Virus record (IMG/VR): IMGVR_UViG_3300012683_000001
Span: 1,406-65,405 of that record
DNA from: a virus
Length of the DNA stretch: 64,000 nucleotides
Direction: 5' to 3' (one strand)
The position numbers were made by a program, and so were the translations under genes. Numbering within the stretch: position 1 is the first letter of the stretch; every line of letters starts with the position of its first letter. The notes under the pieces are model-generated. The model searched no databases. It was not told where the DNA came from and saw only the letters and a list, made by a program, of their open reading frames with translations. Below are positions 19,681-30,312 of this stretch, in pieces.

Positions 19681-22504
19681 TTCTTGCGGAGGGTCCATTG
19701 GAAGGGTCCTTACTAAAATCAAATCTAAATCCAAAGACATCTACAGGAGCCATGTCACTCCGGGCACTCCATGCTTTAGCCATACGAAGTTTGCCATCAA
19801 ATACTAATAATCCTGTGGCATGGGCATCATCTATAAATGCCCGAGTATTAATTTGTGTCTCAGCTAGAAATTTCTTGAAGTCACGCTTAATAATATAGAT
19901 AATGTTGGTGTCTAGATCACCACGAATCATGAGTGAATTACGGGGTTCACTAATAATCTGTCCACCTTTGATTAATAAGGCATGATTGATATAACGATTC
20001 TGAAACTCGCCTAAAATACTTACGTGATCTACTATATTAATTCTAATATTACCCTTGATCTTCATCATGTTTAAAATCACCATACGGTAGATTCGTTCAA
20101 TATCGAAATTAATGATCTCAGCATTCTTAGAGATCTCAGCTCCTGCGAACGCAGCACCTATTAGATTTTCGTAAAATCGAAAGGCGGATGCTTTGCCAAA
20201 ATCTTTTGTAAACCGTTCAATCCATTTATTCCCCATGTCTTTGACCGCGTTGTCACCCATCTTTAAAACTTGCTGCATATAATTTACGCCAGCATGACCA
20301 AAATTAGCTTTTACACCTTCAAAACATCGATTACCTAAGTAGGGGTCATTGATCATAGCTATCGGAGTAGATACCTGAAATTCAACATAGCGGGCCATCT
20401 CACCATCAGGGTTACTTTTATGTGATCGTAATTTATCTTCTAATGATTGATTTTGTGTAGTCATAGCGATCATAGATCCCGACATTTCATGATCTCGCAA
20501 TGCATTTTTGCTGGCTTGCATACGCATCTTGCCGCGTCCACTGGCTACTTGATAAATCATGCGAGCCACATCTTCAGCATCACGAGTAGAGCATTCATCG
20601 AGACCCAACATGATATTTTTTAAGGCCATGTAAATTCCAATGAGGGCGTTCCCGGTGGCTTGGCTTTTATCTCCCACCACGCCCATCTCCACGGGAGAGC
20701 CAAAGATGCTTGTCGCCGCGTAGAGGGCACCCGTCTTTCCTGCACCACTGTCGCCCGTGAAGCCAAAAGTTACGCCGTTCGTTGACATGAAGCGCATAAG
20801 TGGTGAACCAAAAGCACACAGTACACTGAACGCGTGGATCTCCATCGAGGGTGTATTGAGTTCCTGTATAGACTTTTTCCATCCTGAGTATTCTCCATAA
20901 GGCCGTAATAGATTAGCAATGCTATGGATGAGCGGTGAAGCTGCTGCACGCAGAACAATTCCTGTCCGTCTGATTTCGGTACCCCCAATAACAAAAGCTT
21001 CACCATCATCAGTCCACCCCATTTGCATACGCATTTGTTCGGCGGCATCAACACTTAGCATGTGTTGACTCCATTTGACGATGTATTCCATAAAAAGCGC
21101 CGCCTTGGAGGGAGGTGAAAAGGTCAATTCATGTTCATTGAACAACTTGATCATTTCTTCGCGGCTTTGCATAAGTCGTGTCGGAGTCTGGAACTCCCTG
21201 TATTTGTCTTTTGGAAGTCTATATTTCCATTCGATGCAAGCGCCGTCTATGGGATGATAAATACGTTTAGTTGGCCAAATGGGATATTTACTGATTTCTA
21301 TATCGTCCTGATCGATCTTCTCTTTAGTTTTTTTGTCGAAGATCGGTGCATTTTCACACCAGATGCTGCCACTTTCTGACATGTAGAAGGGCCACATGGT
21401 TAACGGGAAGGTGGGTGGCAGGTCTTCGGGTTTGCTCATCAGCCTGATGGGGCTAATGGGAGAGTCTTTCTTGACGTATTCTCCGAGTTCAATGGGGCCA
21501 GTGATCTTCCCCTTGTGATGGCACTTGATACAGAGACCGGGATTGTATTCGTCAAATTTTTCACATCCATAAGCCCATTTGGCTTCAAGGGTGCCGTGGG
21601 CCTTTTTGATGGTGGCTTCTGGCGTGTAGCCGGGGTGGCCTTCGCTCATCAACTGGATGGCAGTCTCGCCATCTAAACAACGAATAGCTACGGATAAACC
21701 CGCACGCCATAAAGGTTCATTAAGTGTCTTTACGTGTTCTAGAATATATTTTATCTGAGCACACCCACTTAATCCCATTAAAGATTTCTCAACTATGACT
21801 GAAAATACATGTTCTACATCAGCTGAGAAGTTAGAAATCGCTTTGGTATCATCGTCTACACCCTTCTGTACATCTTCTAATACGTTCACAGGTGGTATAG
21901 GAAGTTCCCCACCCAAAAACTCTTTCATGTCTTTGAAATCATAAACGGGAATTTCGTCACACCAAAAGCCCGTTTGACGTGGTGGGATCACTTTGTAGTT
22001 GTACGTTTCTGGCGCACGCATGATACGAGCGCGATCAGCGGTTACTGCGGGGTCAATTTTCAGGTATTCAAGGCAGTATGCTTTAAATTTATGAGCATAA
22101 GGTGCCCATACGTTACTTGGGATATCTTCATCAAATATCCAGTAAGCATGAACTCCCGTACCTGAATTAATAATGACAGGTTGTGCTAATTCAACCGTGT
22201 CAATAAATGATACCAGTTCTCCTATCGCATCAGCTTGCGAAGGGTACTTCTTGGGTCCGTCGCCTACATCTAGATCGATGAAGAGTGATCGACAGTAAGC
22301 AGCATCGGCAGCCTTACGGGTATGGCTGTTGAAGCTATGCGGAGCTACGAATACATTGGTGTGGTCCTTTAAAACTTCTATTTGCTTTAGTACTTCAGAG
22401 ACATTTTTTACAAAGTGTTGATCAACGACACCGCTAGAGTTGATTCCTACTACGCAATAAAGTCCCTGTGCTGGTAATAATTTTCCATAGAATTGGTTTT
22501 GCAT
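19676..22504 (-). CDS. DNA primase/helicase (prim-pol N-terminus with a D5-like SF3 NTPase).
   Basis: Walker A FGFTGDSGAGKTG, Zn motif CIKCHHKGK, and an N-terminal AEP-like region. 942 aa. Confidence 0.8.
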   Translation of the reverse strand: MQNQFYGKLLPAQGLYCVVGINSSGVVDQHFVKNVSEVLKQIEVLKDHTNVFVAPHSFNSHTRKAADAAYCRSLFIDLDVGDGPKKYPSQADAIGELVSFIDTVELAQPVIINSGTGVHAYWIFDEDIPSNVWAPYAHKFKAYCLEYLKIDPAVTADRARIMRAPETYNYKVIPPRQTGFWCDEIPVYDFKDMKEFLGGELPIPPVNVLEDVQKGVDDDTKAISNFSADVEHVFSVIVEKSLMGLSGCAQIKYILEHVKTLNEPLWRAGLSVAIRCLDGETAIQLMSEGHPGYTPEATIKKAHGTLEAKWAYGCEKFDEYNPGLCIKCHHKGKITGPIELGEYVKKDSPISPIRLMSKPEDLPPTFPLTMWPFYMSESGSIWCENAPIFDKKTKEKIDQDDIEISKYPIWPTKRIYHPIDGACIEWKYRLPKDKYREFQTPTRLMQSREEMIKLFNEHELTFSPPSKAALFMEYIVKWSQHMLSVDAAEQMRMQMGWTDDGEAFVIGGTEIRRTGIVLRAAASPLIHSIANLLRPYGEYSGWKKSIQELNTPSMEIHAFSVLCAFGSPLMRFMSTNGVTFGFTGDSGAGKTGALYAATSIFGSPVEMGVVGDKSQATGNALIGIYMALKNIMLGLDECSTRDAEDVARMIYQVASGRGKMRMQASKNALRDHEMSGSMIAMTTQNQSLEDKLRSHKSNPDGEMARYVEFQVSTPIAMINDPYLGNRCFEGVKANFGHAGVNYMQQVLKMGDNAVKDMGNKWIERFTKDFGKASAFRFYENLIGAAFAGAEISKNAEIINFDIERIYRMVILNMMKIKGNIRINIVDHVSILGEFQNRYINHALLIKGGQIISEPRNSLMIRGDLDTNIIYIIKRDFKKFLAETQINTRAFIDDAHATGLLVFDGKLRMAKAWSARSDMAPVDVFGFRFDFSKDPSNGPSART

Positions 22505-22522
22505 GCCCGCATAAGTTTATGG

Positions 22523-22551
22523 GTAAAAAAGGGCGGGGCTAAACCCCGCCG
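22523..22551 (-). terminator. Rho-independent terminator.
   Basis: On the - strand, GGCGGGGTTTAGCCCCGCC followed by CTTTTTTACC. Lies directly after the 22556..22867 gene. Confidence 0.6.
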
Positions 22552-22555
22552 ACTA

Positions 22556-22867
22556 TTAGATTTTAATACCCGCTAATTGCTCAACGTAAGCTTTAGCGTC
22601 AAATCTAGTTTTAGCTGGTAATGTTCCGCTCATAAAATCCTGTTGCATGAGGTCTATGATGGCTTCGACGATCTTCCGCTTCGGGCGACGGATATCCTGT
22701 CCCCGAAACCATGAGTAAACCGTCATGCGTGTCACCCCCAGTGCCTTGGCAATATACGTCGCCGGGACATTGGCTTCAACACACAAACGACCCAACTGAA
22801 CCCCTGCTTGCTTGGGATCAGCCTGCGTTAACGTCAACAGGAACTTTTCAGAATATGAACGGGACAT
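22556..22867 (-). CDS. HTH transcriptional regulator (XRE-like).
   Basis: Helix-turn-helix ATYIAKALGVTRMTVYSWFRG. Confidence 0.6.
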   Translation of the reverse strand: MSRSYSEKFLLTLTQADPKQAGVQLGRLCVEANVPATYIAKALGVTRMTVYSWFRGQDIRRPKRKIVEAIIDLMQQDFMSGTLPAKTRFDAKAYVEQLAGIKI

Positions 22868-22870
22868 TAA

Positions 22871-23800
22871 TTATCCCTTCTTCTGCCATTTCCTAAGAAT
22901 CTCCGGAACCTCATCAACTTTATTGGATTCTGTTGCACTGCCCTGTTTTCTCAGCACAGGTTCAGGCAACGCCAACTCACTCTGTTCAGTCAATTCCTTC
23001 TTAGGCATCGGAGGTTCAGCGGGCGCAGCGACGGCAGGTGCTTCCTGCTCTTTCTTCTTGAAGATCCTCAACTCAATCGCTCGCGCCGCAGCATCCGATT
23101 TAGACTGCTTCTCAACAATGGGCAAATCCTGCGGTGAGATCGTGCCCACTGGACTGAACAACAACTTGGGTGATGCAGACTTGGTATCGAACTTCATCTT
23201 ACTGATAACACGACCGAGACTGATGTTGTTTGCGGCTAACATCTGCGCGTAGGGCTTAAACCCCCACTGCCCATTATCCTCTTTGCTCCAGCATGATGCA
23301 GAGGGGATCACCAACTGCATTACGTCACCACCGGGATGCTGCGGTAATACCACAGCAGTACGCCATGACAGGCGGCATGCAGTGCCCTGTCCATTTTGGC
23401 CTGTACCTTGGATCGCTTGTGGACACGTGTTACAAGCAGAGGCTTGCGGATTTTCTACGGACAAATCAGGAGTTATACTATCTGACGACCAGCAGACGGG
23501 CGGAATGGCCTCGCCTTCTTTAAAAGCTTGCGCATAGAACTGTCTTGACGGTGTATGGGAAGCCTTGACAAAGATCACATCCATATAACGGTCTTCAACG
23601 GTACTGACTTCTTTGCCATTGACAACGAGACGGAAGACCCCGCCTTTGATACTGATGCGCTTGCCAAAGTCGGCTCCAGCAATGGCGCGGGTATCCTCAT
23701 CGACGCCACGAGGCATATTGGCTAACTGATTTTTGATGGACTCTACGATATCGTTAGACATGTTAACTCCTTTAACTCGGTTTTCTAATGCTAATATCAA
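22871..23800 (-). CDS. Hypothetical Zn-binding protein with an acidic/Pro-rich tail. Possibly an ssDNA-binding protein.
   Basis: Cys cluster CWSSD...CNTCPQ...C, a flexible C-terminal tail, and a position in the replication module. Confidence 0.3.
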   Translation of the reverse strand: MILALENRVKGVNMSNDIVESIKNQLANMPRGVDEDTRAIAGADFGKRISIKGGVFRLVVNGKEVSTVEDRYMDVIFVKASHTPSRQFYAQAFKEGEAIPPVCWSSDSITPDLSVENPQASACNTCPQAIQGTGQNGQGTACRLSWRTAVVLPQHPGGDVMQLVIPSASCWSKEDNGQWGFKPYAQMLAANNISLGRVISKMKFDTKSASPKLLFSPVGTISPQDLPIVEKQSKSDAAARAIELRIFKKKEQEAPAVAAPAEPPMPKKELTEQSELALPEPVLRKQGSATESNKVDEVPEILRKWQKKG

Positions 23801-24167
23801 ATTCTTTTAAGACCTGTATTCCCGGTGGAATTTTGTTTTCATTCTCACTGAGATACTGCTTCATATTTCCTTGTGCTACCCGCTTTTCTAGTAAGTAAGG
23901 TAACTTATTCTCAATAATAAAACTATGGAAATTTTCCCAATCTTGTGAATAAAACCGCTCTTTTAATTGTCGGATTACGGTTCCATGTTCGGTCTTAATA
24001 CTATCTGCATGGAGACTGTTACACATGGCCAATAACTGTTGCTTAAGAATCTCCATGGACTCTTTAAGTTCCTGTTCTTCCAACTCAAATTGTCTAGTAA
24101 GGATATCTTTTTGTTCACGGATTTTCATATAAGCCGCGACAATATCATTGATGTTTAACTCGTTCAT
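23772..24167 (-). CDS. Hypothetical coiled-coil protein.
   Basis: 131-aa ORF coupled to its neighbours. Confidence 0.35.
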   Translation of the reverse strand: MNELNINDIVAAYMKIREQKDILTRQFELEEQELKESMEILKQQLLAMCNSLHADSIKTEHGTVIRQLKERFYSQDWENFHSFIIENKLPYLLEKRVAQGNMKQYLSENENKIPPGIQVLKEFDISIRKPS

Positions 24168-24355
24168 GACTTGACCTTCATCGTTTCAAACGCAAAATGA
24201 ACTACGGCTAACTCTAGTTTACTGATATATTTGGCGATCTCTTTAAACTCATTTTGGCCCACTACTACACAATTTCCACTAGGACATGTGATAGTCCAAT
24301 TAGGACTATAACTACCTAATCCTGCGATAATATCTTTAACTTTTTCAACGTCCAT
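24164..24355 (-). CDS. Hypothetical small protein.
   Basis: 63-aa ORF with ATGA-type coupling. Confidence 0.3.
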   Translation of the reverse strand: MDVEKVKDIIAGLGSYSPNWTITCPSGNCVVVGQNEFKEIAKYISKLELAVVHFAFETMKVKS

Positions 24356-24357
24356 GT

Positions 24358-25923
24358 TTACTCCATGACCTGTTTATATAACTCAGTTAACTGGATATGA
24401 CCATCGATTTTACCTCGTAATGCAGCATAAGTTTTACGTTCAATATCAGAGCCCTGTAGCATTACGACAAGTACCTTATTAACTTGCCCGACACGATCAA
24501 CTCTTCCAATGCACTGTAAGAAAGTTTCGACGCTGAGGACGGGGCTCCAAAAGACAAGTGTGTCGGCGGCGGTAAGTGTAATACCATGTGACGCAGCCTG
24601 CGGTTGGAGCACAAGTACTCGCGGGTCTGTATCACGTTGGAACTTATCGATAATGTCAGCACGAGCCTTCGCGCCCACATCCCCTTTAATGACAGCGTTA
24701 GTGTATCCATGGGCGTCCAGATGCTTTGTAACCACCTCAATCGTATGTAAATAGGGGACGAAAACTATACACTTATTGGTTGTCTCTTCAAGCACTTCTT
24801 CTAGAACCGTCAGACGTGGTGAAATATCGAATTCAACGATATCGTGTTTATCGGTGTAAACCGCACCTCCACTGATCTGCAATAGTTTAGACATGCTTGC
24901 CGCAGCGTTAACCGCTGAAATCTCTTCACCTGCCGCCTCAATCAGCATCTGCGCTTTAAGTTTTTTGTAGTAATTGGCGACTTGTGGAGTCAATGGCACA
25001 TCTCTTGTTTCATAGACTACAGGAGGTAGGTCTAAACATTCTTTTTTAGTGAATCGGATTGCCGGTTGTAAAGCATAAAATACATCAGATTTGGCCGTAG
25101 GCTTAGGGACCCACTTAAATCGGCTCACTTGATATAAGACTTTATCGCGCCAAGCTGTCATGAACTTGGGAACACGATAACTAGAAACTAATTTAGCCAG
25201 ACCGAAGGCATCAACAGGTGATTGTGATGCGGGTGTACCCGTCATCATCCAAATTCGCGTTGATGGACTAACAAGTTTCGCAATAGTCTTCCAGCGACGA
25301 GTAGAGGTGTTTTTATAGGCATTTGCTTCATCAATAATAATAAGGTCGAATCCTGCGTTCGATATAGCATCTGCGACCACGTTAACCCCGTCGTAATTGA
25401 TAATAACGAACGAATAGCTTCCAGTGATAATCTTTGTTCGTCTGTCAGCGGTTCCATAGGCCACCCCACAACTACGATGCATGGCGGTCTTGAGTACTTC
25501 AGCCTGCCATGCGGTATACATGATTGATAATGGGCAAACGACTAATACCCGATTAACTAATCCCATGTTCATGAGATAATCTGCCGCCCAAATGGCCGCT
25601 GAAGTTTTACCAGTTCCCGCTTCATTAAAACAAAAGGCGCGAGTTCTTAAACTTAAGAAACTTGCAGTAGTTTTCTGATGTTCAAATGGCGTCAGAATCC
25701 CCGGCCACTTATAATCTCGTAGCATCGGGGAGGGCACTTGTGGGATCTCATTGGGCGCTTTCTGATCAATGAAGTGAGCCAACCACATGGCCTCTTCATA
25801 ACCCCAATAGATCATTACATCATTATCTGGATGACGCTGACTCTTAAATATTCTAGCCAGCACGTCCTCTGCCATGGCTTTGGGCAGTGATGCTTTGATA
25901 GCCGTATCAGCGATAATTTCCAT
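24358..25923 (-). CDS. SNF2-family (SF2) helicase.
   Basis: Walker A NEAGTGKTS, DEAH-like LIIIDEANAYKN, and motif VI CIGRVDRVGQ. Confidence 0.8.
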   Translation of the reverse strand: MEIIADTAIKASLPKAMAEDVLARIFKSQRHPDNDVMIYWGYEEAMWLAHFIDQKAPNEIPQVPSPMLRDYKWPGILTPFEHQKTTASFLSLRTRAFCFNEAGTGKTSAAIWAADYLMNMGLVNRVLVVCPLSIMYTAWQAEVLKTAMHRSCGVAYGTADRRTKIITGSYSFVIINYDGVNVVADAISNAGFDLIIIDEANAYKNTSTRRWKTIAKLVSPSTRIWMMTGTPASQSPVDAFGLAKLVSSYRVPKFMTAWRDKVLYQVSRFKWVPKPTAKSDVFYALQPAIRFTKKECLDLPPVVYETRDVPLTPQVANYYKKLKAQMLIEAAGEEISAVNAAASMSKLLQISGGAVYTDKHDIVEFDISPRLTVLEEVLEETTNKCIVFVPYLHTIEVVTKHLDAHGYTNAVIKGDVGAKARADIIDKFQRDTDPRVLVLQPQAASHGITLTAADTLVFWSPVLSVETFLQCIGRVDRVGQVNKVLVVMLQGSDIERKTYAALRGKIDGHIQLTELYKQVME

Positions 25924-25946
25924 GCAGACTCCTTGAACTTAATTAA

Positions 25947-26417
25947 CTAACGATATTTACTTTGTTTCCAATATTTATGATTAACAATCATCCATATAGT
26001 TTTTTTATGAACACCATATTGTGTAGCTAGTTTTTGTAATGAAATACCATGTGATGATTTCAATCGTATGCGTTCAGCGATATGGAAATTTAACTTTGCT
26101 GTGTTATGCCTACCCTTTTTTACGCAATCAATGGTATTTACTGATCTATTTCCTACGAATAAATGGTCGGGGCGACAACAGGCTGGGGTATCACATTTAT
26201 GTAATATATGCTTTACAGTATCTAAATCTTTTACTAACCCACTTAACCATGCTGCAATACGATGTGTGCGGCGATTCCGTATTCCATGCCATCCTACACA
26301 TCCGTAACCCCAGTAATCTAATGTTCCAGTCCATAACCAACAACCATTACTTCGTTGTACTCTCGCCCAAAATTTTTCTGGCGTATTACTATTACCGTTC
26401 ATAAAAACCCTTATCAC
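25947..26417 (-). CDS. HNH homing endonuclease.
   Basis: Cys/His HNH core CDTPACCRPDHLFVGNRSVN with an NUMOD-like tail. Confidence 0.7.
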   Translation of the reverse strand: MIRVFMNGNSNTPEKFWARVQRSNGCWLWTGTLDYWGYGCVGWHGIRNRRTHRIAAWLSGLVKDLDTVKHILHKCDTPACCRPDHLFVGNRSVNTIDCVKKGRHNTAKLNFHIAERIRLKSSHGISLQKLATQYGVHKKTIWMIVNHKYWKQSKYR

Positions 26418-26550
26418 GATTGGGGAATACGCCGTTAGCCTAACTTAAAGCAAACATGTAAAAAAAGTTAGCTAACAGATGCGGGGTTTAGTTTAAGCTC
26501 CCACTGGCCGCATGACAGAGCGGCTGTTGGATCAGCGGGTCTATTATACC

Positions 26551-26849
26551 TCATCTTCCTTTTCGCTTGAAATGCGGATCAGTGGCGGATTTTGGTTTGT
26601 GATCAGATCTTCGGGCGTAAGCACGATTTGCATGTGCGGATTCAAGTTGAACGCCATCTTTATTAGAGCCACCCTCACTAATAGCCTTTCGGTGAGCCAC
26701 ATCCATTCCTCGACGGTCAACTCCTTTTGCATCCAATGCTCGTCTGGCTCTTTGCCGCTCAGCTCTAGCAGGATTTTCCTTGCGTTTTTTCTGCTCGGCG
26801 TAATCATGTTTATAATTCCTATCTGCTGGATTCTTATAAGGCATCATCC
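26551..26849 (-). CDS. Small basic HNH-like nuclease.
   Basis: DVAHRKAISEGGSNKDGVQLESAHAN. The ATG is coupled to the upstream stop (ATGA) and preceded by RBS GGAGAGG. Confidence 0.4.
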
Positions 26850-27509
26850 TCTCCCATGGTGTTCGCAGGTTGCAACAACGCAGTGTCTCTTGCATAACCC
26901 CGATGGGTTCGGGGGCCAATAATTTTCCTTAATGCTTTGTTCAAGTCTTACCAAGTCGCCATAAAAAGCCAGCCAGAGCTTATTTAAATCTTTTCTATCG
27001 TATTCTTCATTGATAAAACTATTTTTGGTTATAAATAGCAATCCAGCTTTGATGTGGTTTACTTCAGGAAAATAAATAAACATCATGGCAGACATGAGTT
27101 TTAGTTGATTCACATCAGCGTATCTATCATTACCTGTTTTATAATCAATATAATATCCATCAGTATTATCAATAATAATCAGATCACCAATTCCACGAAC
27201 CCAGTAATCTTCATCCTCGAAATCACATGGTATTTTATCTTCTTTAAGAGCCATCTGCATTTCAGGGTATTTAACACCGGGAATCTCTTTGATCACATCC
27301 ATGTACTTTTGATAAGGCGCGTAATTAGAAGGTAACGGTACCCCATCAATCACATACTCTTCTAAAGCGGTATGAACATTCTTGCCATAGGCCATCGCAG
27401 GCGATTCCTGCTCAATAAAATTCTTCTTGATTCGTACTTCATTGTATTGTCTTGCGCAAGTAGCGAATTTCTTCAAGCTGGAGTACGACCACTTCATTAG
27501 AAACCCCAA
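26844..27509 (-). CDS. PD-(D/E)XK nuclease with a 4-Cys cluster (Cas4/RecB-like exonuclease).
   Basis: GDLIIID...IDYK motif, N-terminal C plus C-terminal CxxxC...C (CKRHCVVATCEHH). Confidence 0.65.
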   Translation of the reverse strand: MGFLMKWSYSSLKKFATCARQYNEVRIKKNFIEQESPAMAYGKNVHTALEEYVIDGVPLPSNYAPYQKYMDVIKEIPGVKYPEMQMALKEDKIPCDFEDEDYWVRGIGDLIIIDNTDGYYIDYKTGNDRYADVNQLKLMSAMMFIYFPEVNHIKAGLLFITKNSFINEEYDRKDLNKLWLAFYGDLVRLEQSIKENYWPPNPSGLCKRHCVVATCEHHGRG

Positions 27510-27850
27510 TCATTAAATTTTGGCCAGTCTTTAAATTCTTTAGTCCATATTGCTTTATATTTATCAGCTTCATATTTCTGTTTTTCTTTTTCTATTTCTA
27601 ATCGTCTTTTCATCGCTTCAAGTTCAGTCACTGCCTCTTTCTTAGCTTTAATAGTTTCTTCATTATTTAATACATCCCATAATGCGCTTCCATTTTTATG
27701 TAATTTTTTAAAGAGTAGGAATTCTCTATAAGCGTTTCTGACAGCGACCTTATTATCTTCTAAACCTAAAATAGCTATGATTTGACCGCCAAACCAAAGT
27801 AAATCTTCTTCACTAAATTCTTTAACTACATTCGGCATAAGTGTCTCCAT
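27497..27850 (-). CDS. Hypothetical protein.
   Basis: 117-aa ORF coupled to the polymerase gene. Confidence 0.35.
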   Translation of the reverse strand: METLMPNVVKEFSEEDLLWFGGQIIAILGLEDNKVAVRNAYREFLLFKKLHKNGSALWDVLNNEETIKAKKEAVTELEAMKRRLEIEKEKQKYEADKYKAIWTKEFKDWPKFNDWGF

Positions 27851-29672
27851 GTTTGATTTTTACGGCGATAGGAAGATTCAACGCCCATGGTGGTGGGGTA
27901 ATCATGGTATCTTCCACAAATGCCTTGGCTTCGTCAAGTTGCGCTTTACGCACAACCATCAGCAAGGCATCATGGACCGTCAACGCAATGGGGAACTGAG
28001 GCCGGATCTTAATCATGGCATCGGTCATCACAATGCGAGCCAGCGCTTGCACCACATTCTCGGTCACAACCCCACCCCAAATAGGAAGAGGGCCTTTGCG
28101 AGAATCATGAATCATCTGTCCCTTGTTTTCTCTGAGGTTGCTGTACCTTAAATACAAACTATTAGGCAAAGAAATCCCATAGGGAGTGACAGGTAAAATT
28201 TCATGTTCACCAAAATAAAAAGTATTACCATCAGGTGGCCATGCCATGAGTTGTTTTAATAAATAATTACCATGATCCCAGAGTTTAGTAATTCTTTGGT
28301 TATTTCTACGCCAGCTTTGAACCAAAATCGCGCACTCATTATAATTTATCTCCGCACCACCTTGTTTCAGGGTCATGGTCAATTTAGCGGCACCAGTTCC
28401 GTACCCCAAACCCAACCGCATGGTCTTGCCAATAAACCGTTCTTTTATATCAGCTTTAGTAATTGTTCTGCCGAACGCTAAAGTCGCGTCGTAGCAATAA
28501 ACGTCCTCACCTTTCCTAAACTGCTCTAGTACGTCCTCTTGACCGGCCAACCATGCCAGTATCCGAGCCTCTATCTGTGAGAGGTCGGCGGCAAGTAACG
28601 CGTATCCGGTCGGTGCCCTGATAGACGCTTTAAGCGTTCTTTTCTTCTGATCTCTTTCAGGGAGGTTCTGGAGGTTGATGGCGTCCATTCCCCCCCAACG
28701 TCCGGGGTGAGCGGCATAATATTTGAGCGGGACTGGTAATAGTCCCTTGTTACGTTGGCCCACTTCAATAAACCGATTAATTCGTGCCTCTTCAATGGTG
28801 GATTTGGTGCCGAGGCGAGCGGCACAGAGTTGCTGGATGAATGGGTCAGGGTGTTCCTCCAATGCAATGAATCCGAGGTCTGTCTTGGCAAACGCAGTGA
28901 TGAGTTTGCCGTCTTTGTTGGCCTTGAGAGGGGGTGTGATGCCATAATCTTCTAATACCTCAGCAAATTTAGGGTTACTTGCTAATTTTACTCTAACTTC
29001 TTCCTCAGTTTTACATTCTAGTTTTATCATTAGATCAGATAAAAGCTTAGATTTTTCTAGTTTTATTTCTTTAAGACGAGCCTGTAAAACTGGAACATCA
29101 AGTTCAAGAGTTGGGGAGACAAACATACGAACAGTTTGATCAACCAATTCCATTTCGGACGCCGGGAAATCACTCGCCAGCGTTTTGAAAAGTGAGTATG
29201 TGAGTTCCGTATCCGTTTTACAGTAATCTCCGTATCGTACCAACTCGGTGCTTGTAAAATCCTTAAGTCTTTTTCCGACAGCTTGATAAACTTCGTCCCC
29301 TTTGGTTCCCAAATGATACATTCTTGTGAGGTTGGCAAGAGATGCACTCGTATCGGGTCCATTTAAAGCCCTCGCCATGCAAAGAGTGTCAGCGTAAAAA
29401 GCAGGAGTGATGCCAAAATACCACGCAAGGATCGTTGCATCAAAGAGGGCGTTGTGAGTAATGAGGATGCTCGTGGACCATTCATATGCACATAAAGATT
29501 TCTGGAGTTCCTGCTTAGTACCACTGACCCACACCACAGGTGCAGTGTCACATTTGATACTGTATCCGATGACCTCGAATCGTTCATCTTGTATATACTC
29601 TTCTATAGTTAATTTACTTAAAGAATAATCTTTATCATAAAATGTTTCAAAATCTAGAGTCAGAATGCTCAT
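27822..29672 (-). CDS. DNA polymerase, family A, with a 3'-5' exonuclease domain.
   Basis: Exo I LTLDFETF, motif A LLAADLSQIEARILAWL, motif B RFIGKTMRLGLGYGTG, and motif C TVHDALL. Confidence 0.9.
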   Translation of the reverse strand: MSILTLDFETFYDKDYSLSKLTIEEYIQDERFEVIGYSIKCDTAPVVWVSGTKQELQKSLCAYEWSTSILITHNALFDATILAWYFGITPAFYADTLCMARALNGPDTSASLANLTRMYHLGTKGDEVYQAVGKRLKDFTSTELVRYGDYCKTDTELTYSLFKTLASDFPASEMELVDQTVRMFVSPTLELDVPVLQARLKEIKLEKSKLLSDLMIKLECKTEEEVRVKLASNPKFAEVLEDYGITPPLKANKDGKLITAFAKTDLGFIALEEHPDPFIQQLCAARLGTKSTIEEARINRFIEVGQRNKGLLPVPLKYYAAHPGRWGGMDAINLQNLPERDQKKRTLKASIRAPTGYALLAADLSQIEARILAWLAGQEDVLEQFRKGEDVYCYDATLAFGRTITKADIKERFIGKTMRLGLGYGTGAAKLTMTLKQGGAEINYNECAILVQSWRRNNQRITKLWDHGNYLLKQLMAWPPDGNTFYFGEHEILPVTPYGISLPNSLYLRYSNLRENKGQMIHDSRKGPLPIWGGVVTENVVQALARIVMTDAMIKIRPQFPIALTVHDALLMVVRKAQLDEAKAFVEDTMITPPPWALNLPIAVKIKHGDTYAECS

Positions 29673-29673
29673 A

Positions 29674-29874
29674 TTAATTGCTATACGGGATCAACCCGCC
29701 GTGTTCCTTCAGCATGAATGCAGGAACTTCGTCTAGCGCGTCTGTCGGCTGTGTCGAAGATGCATTACCGGCGACGCGGCAACCTAAAGGCCACCCTAAG
29801 CAGGCAATAGCTCCCGCCCTCACGGTTAAAGGGTTCTTAGTTCTAATGATCTTACGATCTCCTACGGCCTCCAC
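29674..29874 (-). CDS. Hypothetical small protein.
   Basis: 66-aa ORF directly upstream of the polymerase gene. Confidence 0.3.
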   Translation of the reverse strand: MEAVGDRKIIRTKNPLTVRAGAIACLGWPLGCRVAGNASSTQPTDALDEVPAFMLKEHGGLIPYSN

Positions 29875-29917
29875 AGCCCCTCCATTTTCCGAGTGTAGCG
29901 CGACTACACCGATAGCA

Positions 29918-30097
29918 AATCCTATGTCTTAGGTATTTCTCGTACCGATAAAGCCTTACCGTCATGCCAAAGATAGACCTCATGCGACTCGCCGGGTTTA
30001 AGAACGCGCTCAATAGTTCCATCAGGCAGCATTAATTCCACATCCCAATCAGCATAGGGCGGACCTTGGTTTTCATTTTTAACAGTAACCTTGGTAG
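29918..30097 (-). CDS. Hypothetical small protein (59 aa), not in the ORF track.
   Basis: ATG with RBS GTGAGGA; MTTKVTVKNENQGPPYADWDV... Confidence 0.3.
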
Positions 30098-30110
30098 TCA
30101 TTGTGAATCC

Positions 30111-30311
30111 TCACTTATTTAATTCTTCCAATAGTGCATCAGCGGCTTGTACAGACCACCGAGCCGCATCCGGTATTGATTCTATAGCTTCTATACTACA
30201 TACACCCTGCATAACTAAAGCAGCGAAATACTCTCGTTTAGTAAGACCTTCTTCATCATCCCCTGATGGGAATGCAGGCGAATGCATTTCTTTTATTGTT
30301 TCGTTATTCAT
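30111..30311 (-). CDS. Hypothetical small acidic protein.
   Basis: 66-aa ORF. Confidence 0.35.
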   Translation of the reverse strand: MNNETIKEMHSPAFPSGDDEEGLTKREYFAALVMQGVCSIEAIESIPDAARWSVQAADALLEELNK

Positions 30312-30312
30312 T

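Noticed and set aside
22711-23537. + strand ORFs (22711..22896, 22812..23252, 23283..23537, 23293..23523) and similar antisense ORFs throughout 19.7-51.6 kb, for example 27849..28151, 45199..45462, 47112..47690 and 51028..51597.
   Set aside because: They lie antisense to longer, motif-bearing - strand genes, lack an RBS, and have skewed composition. They are most likely frame shadows.
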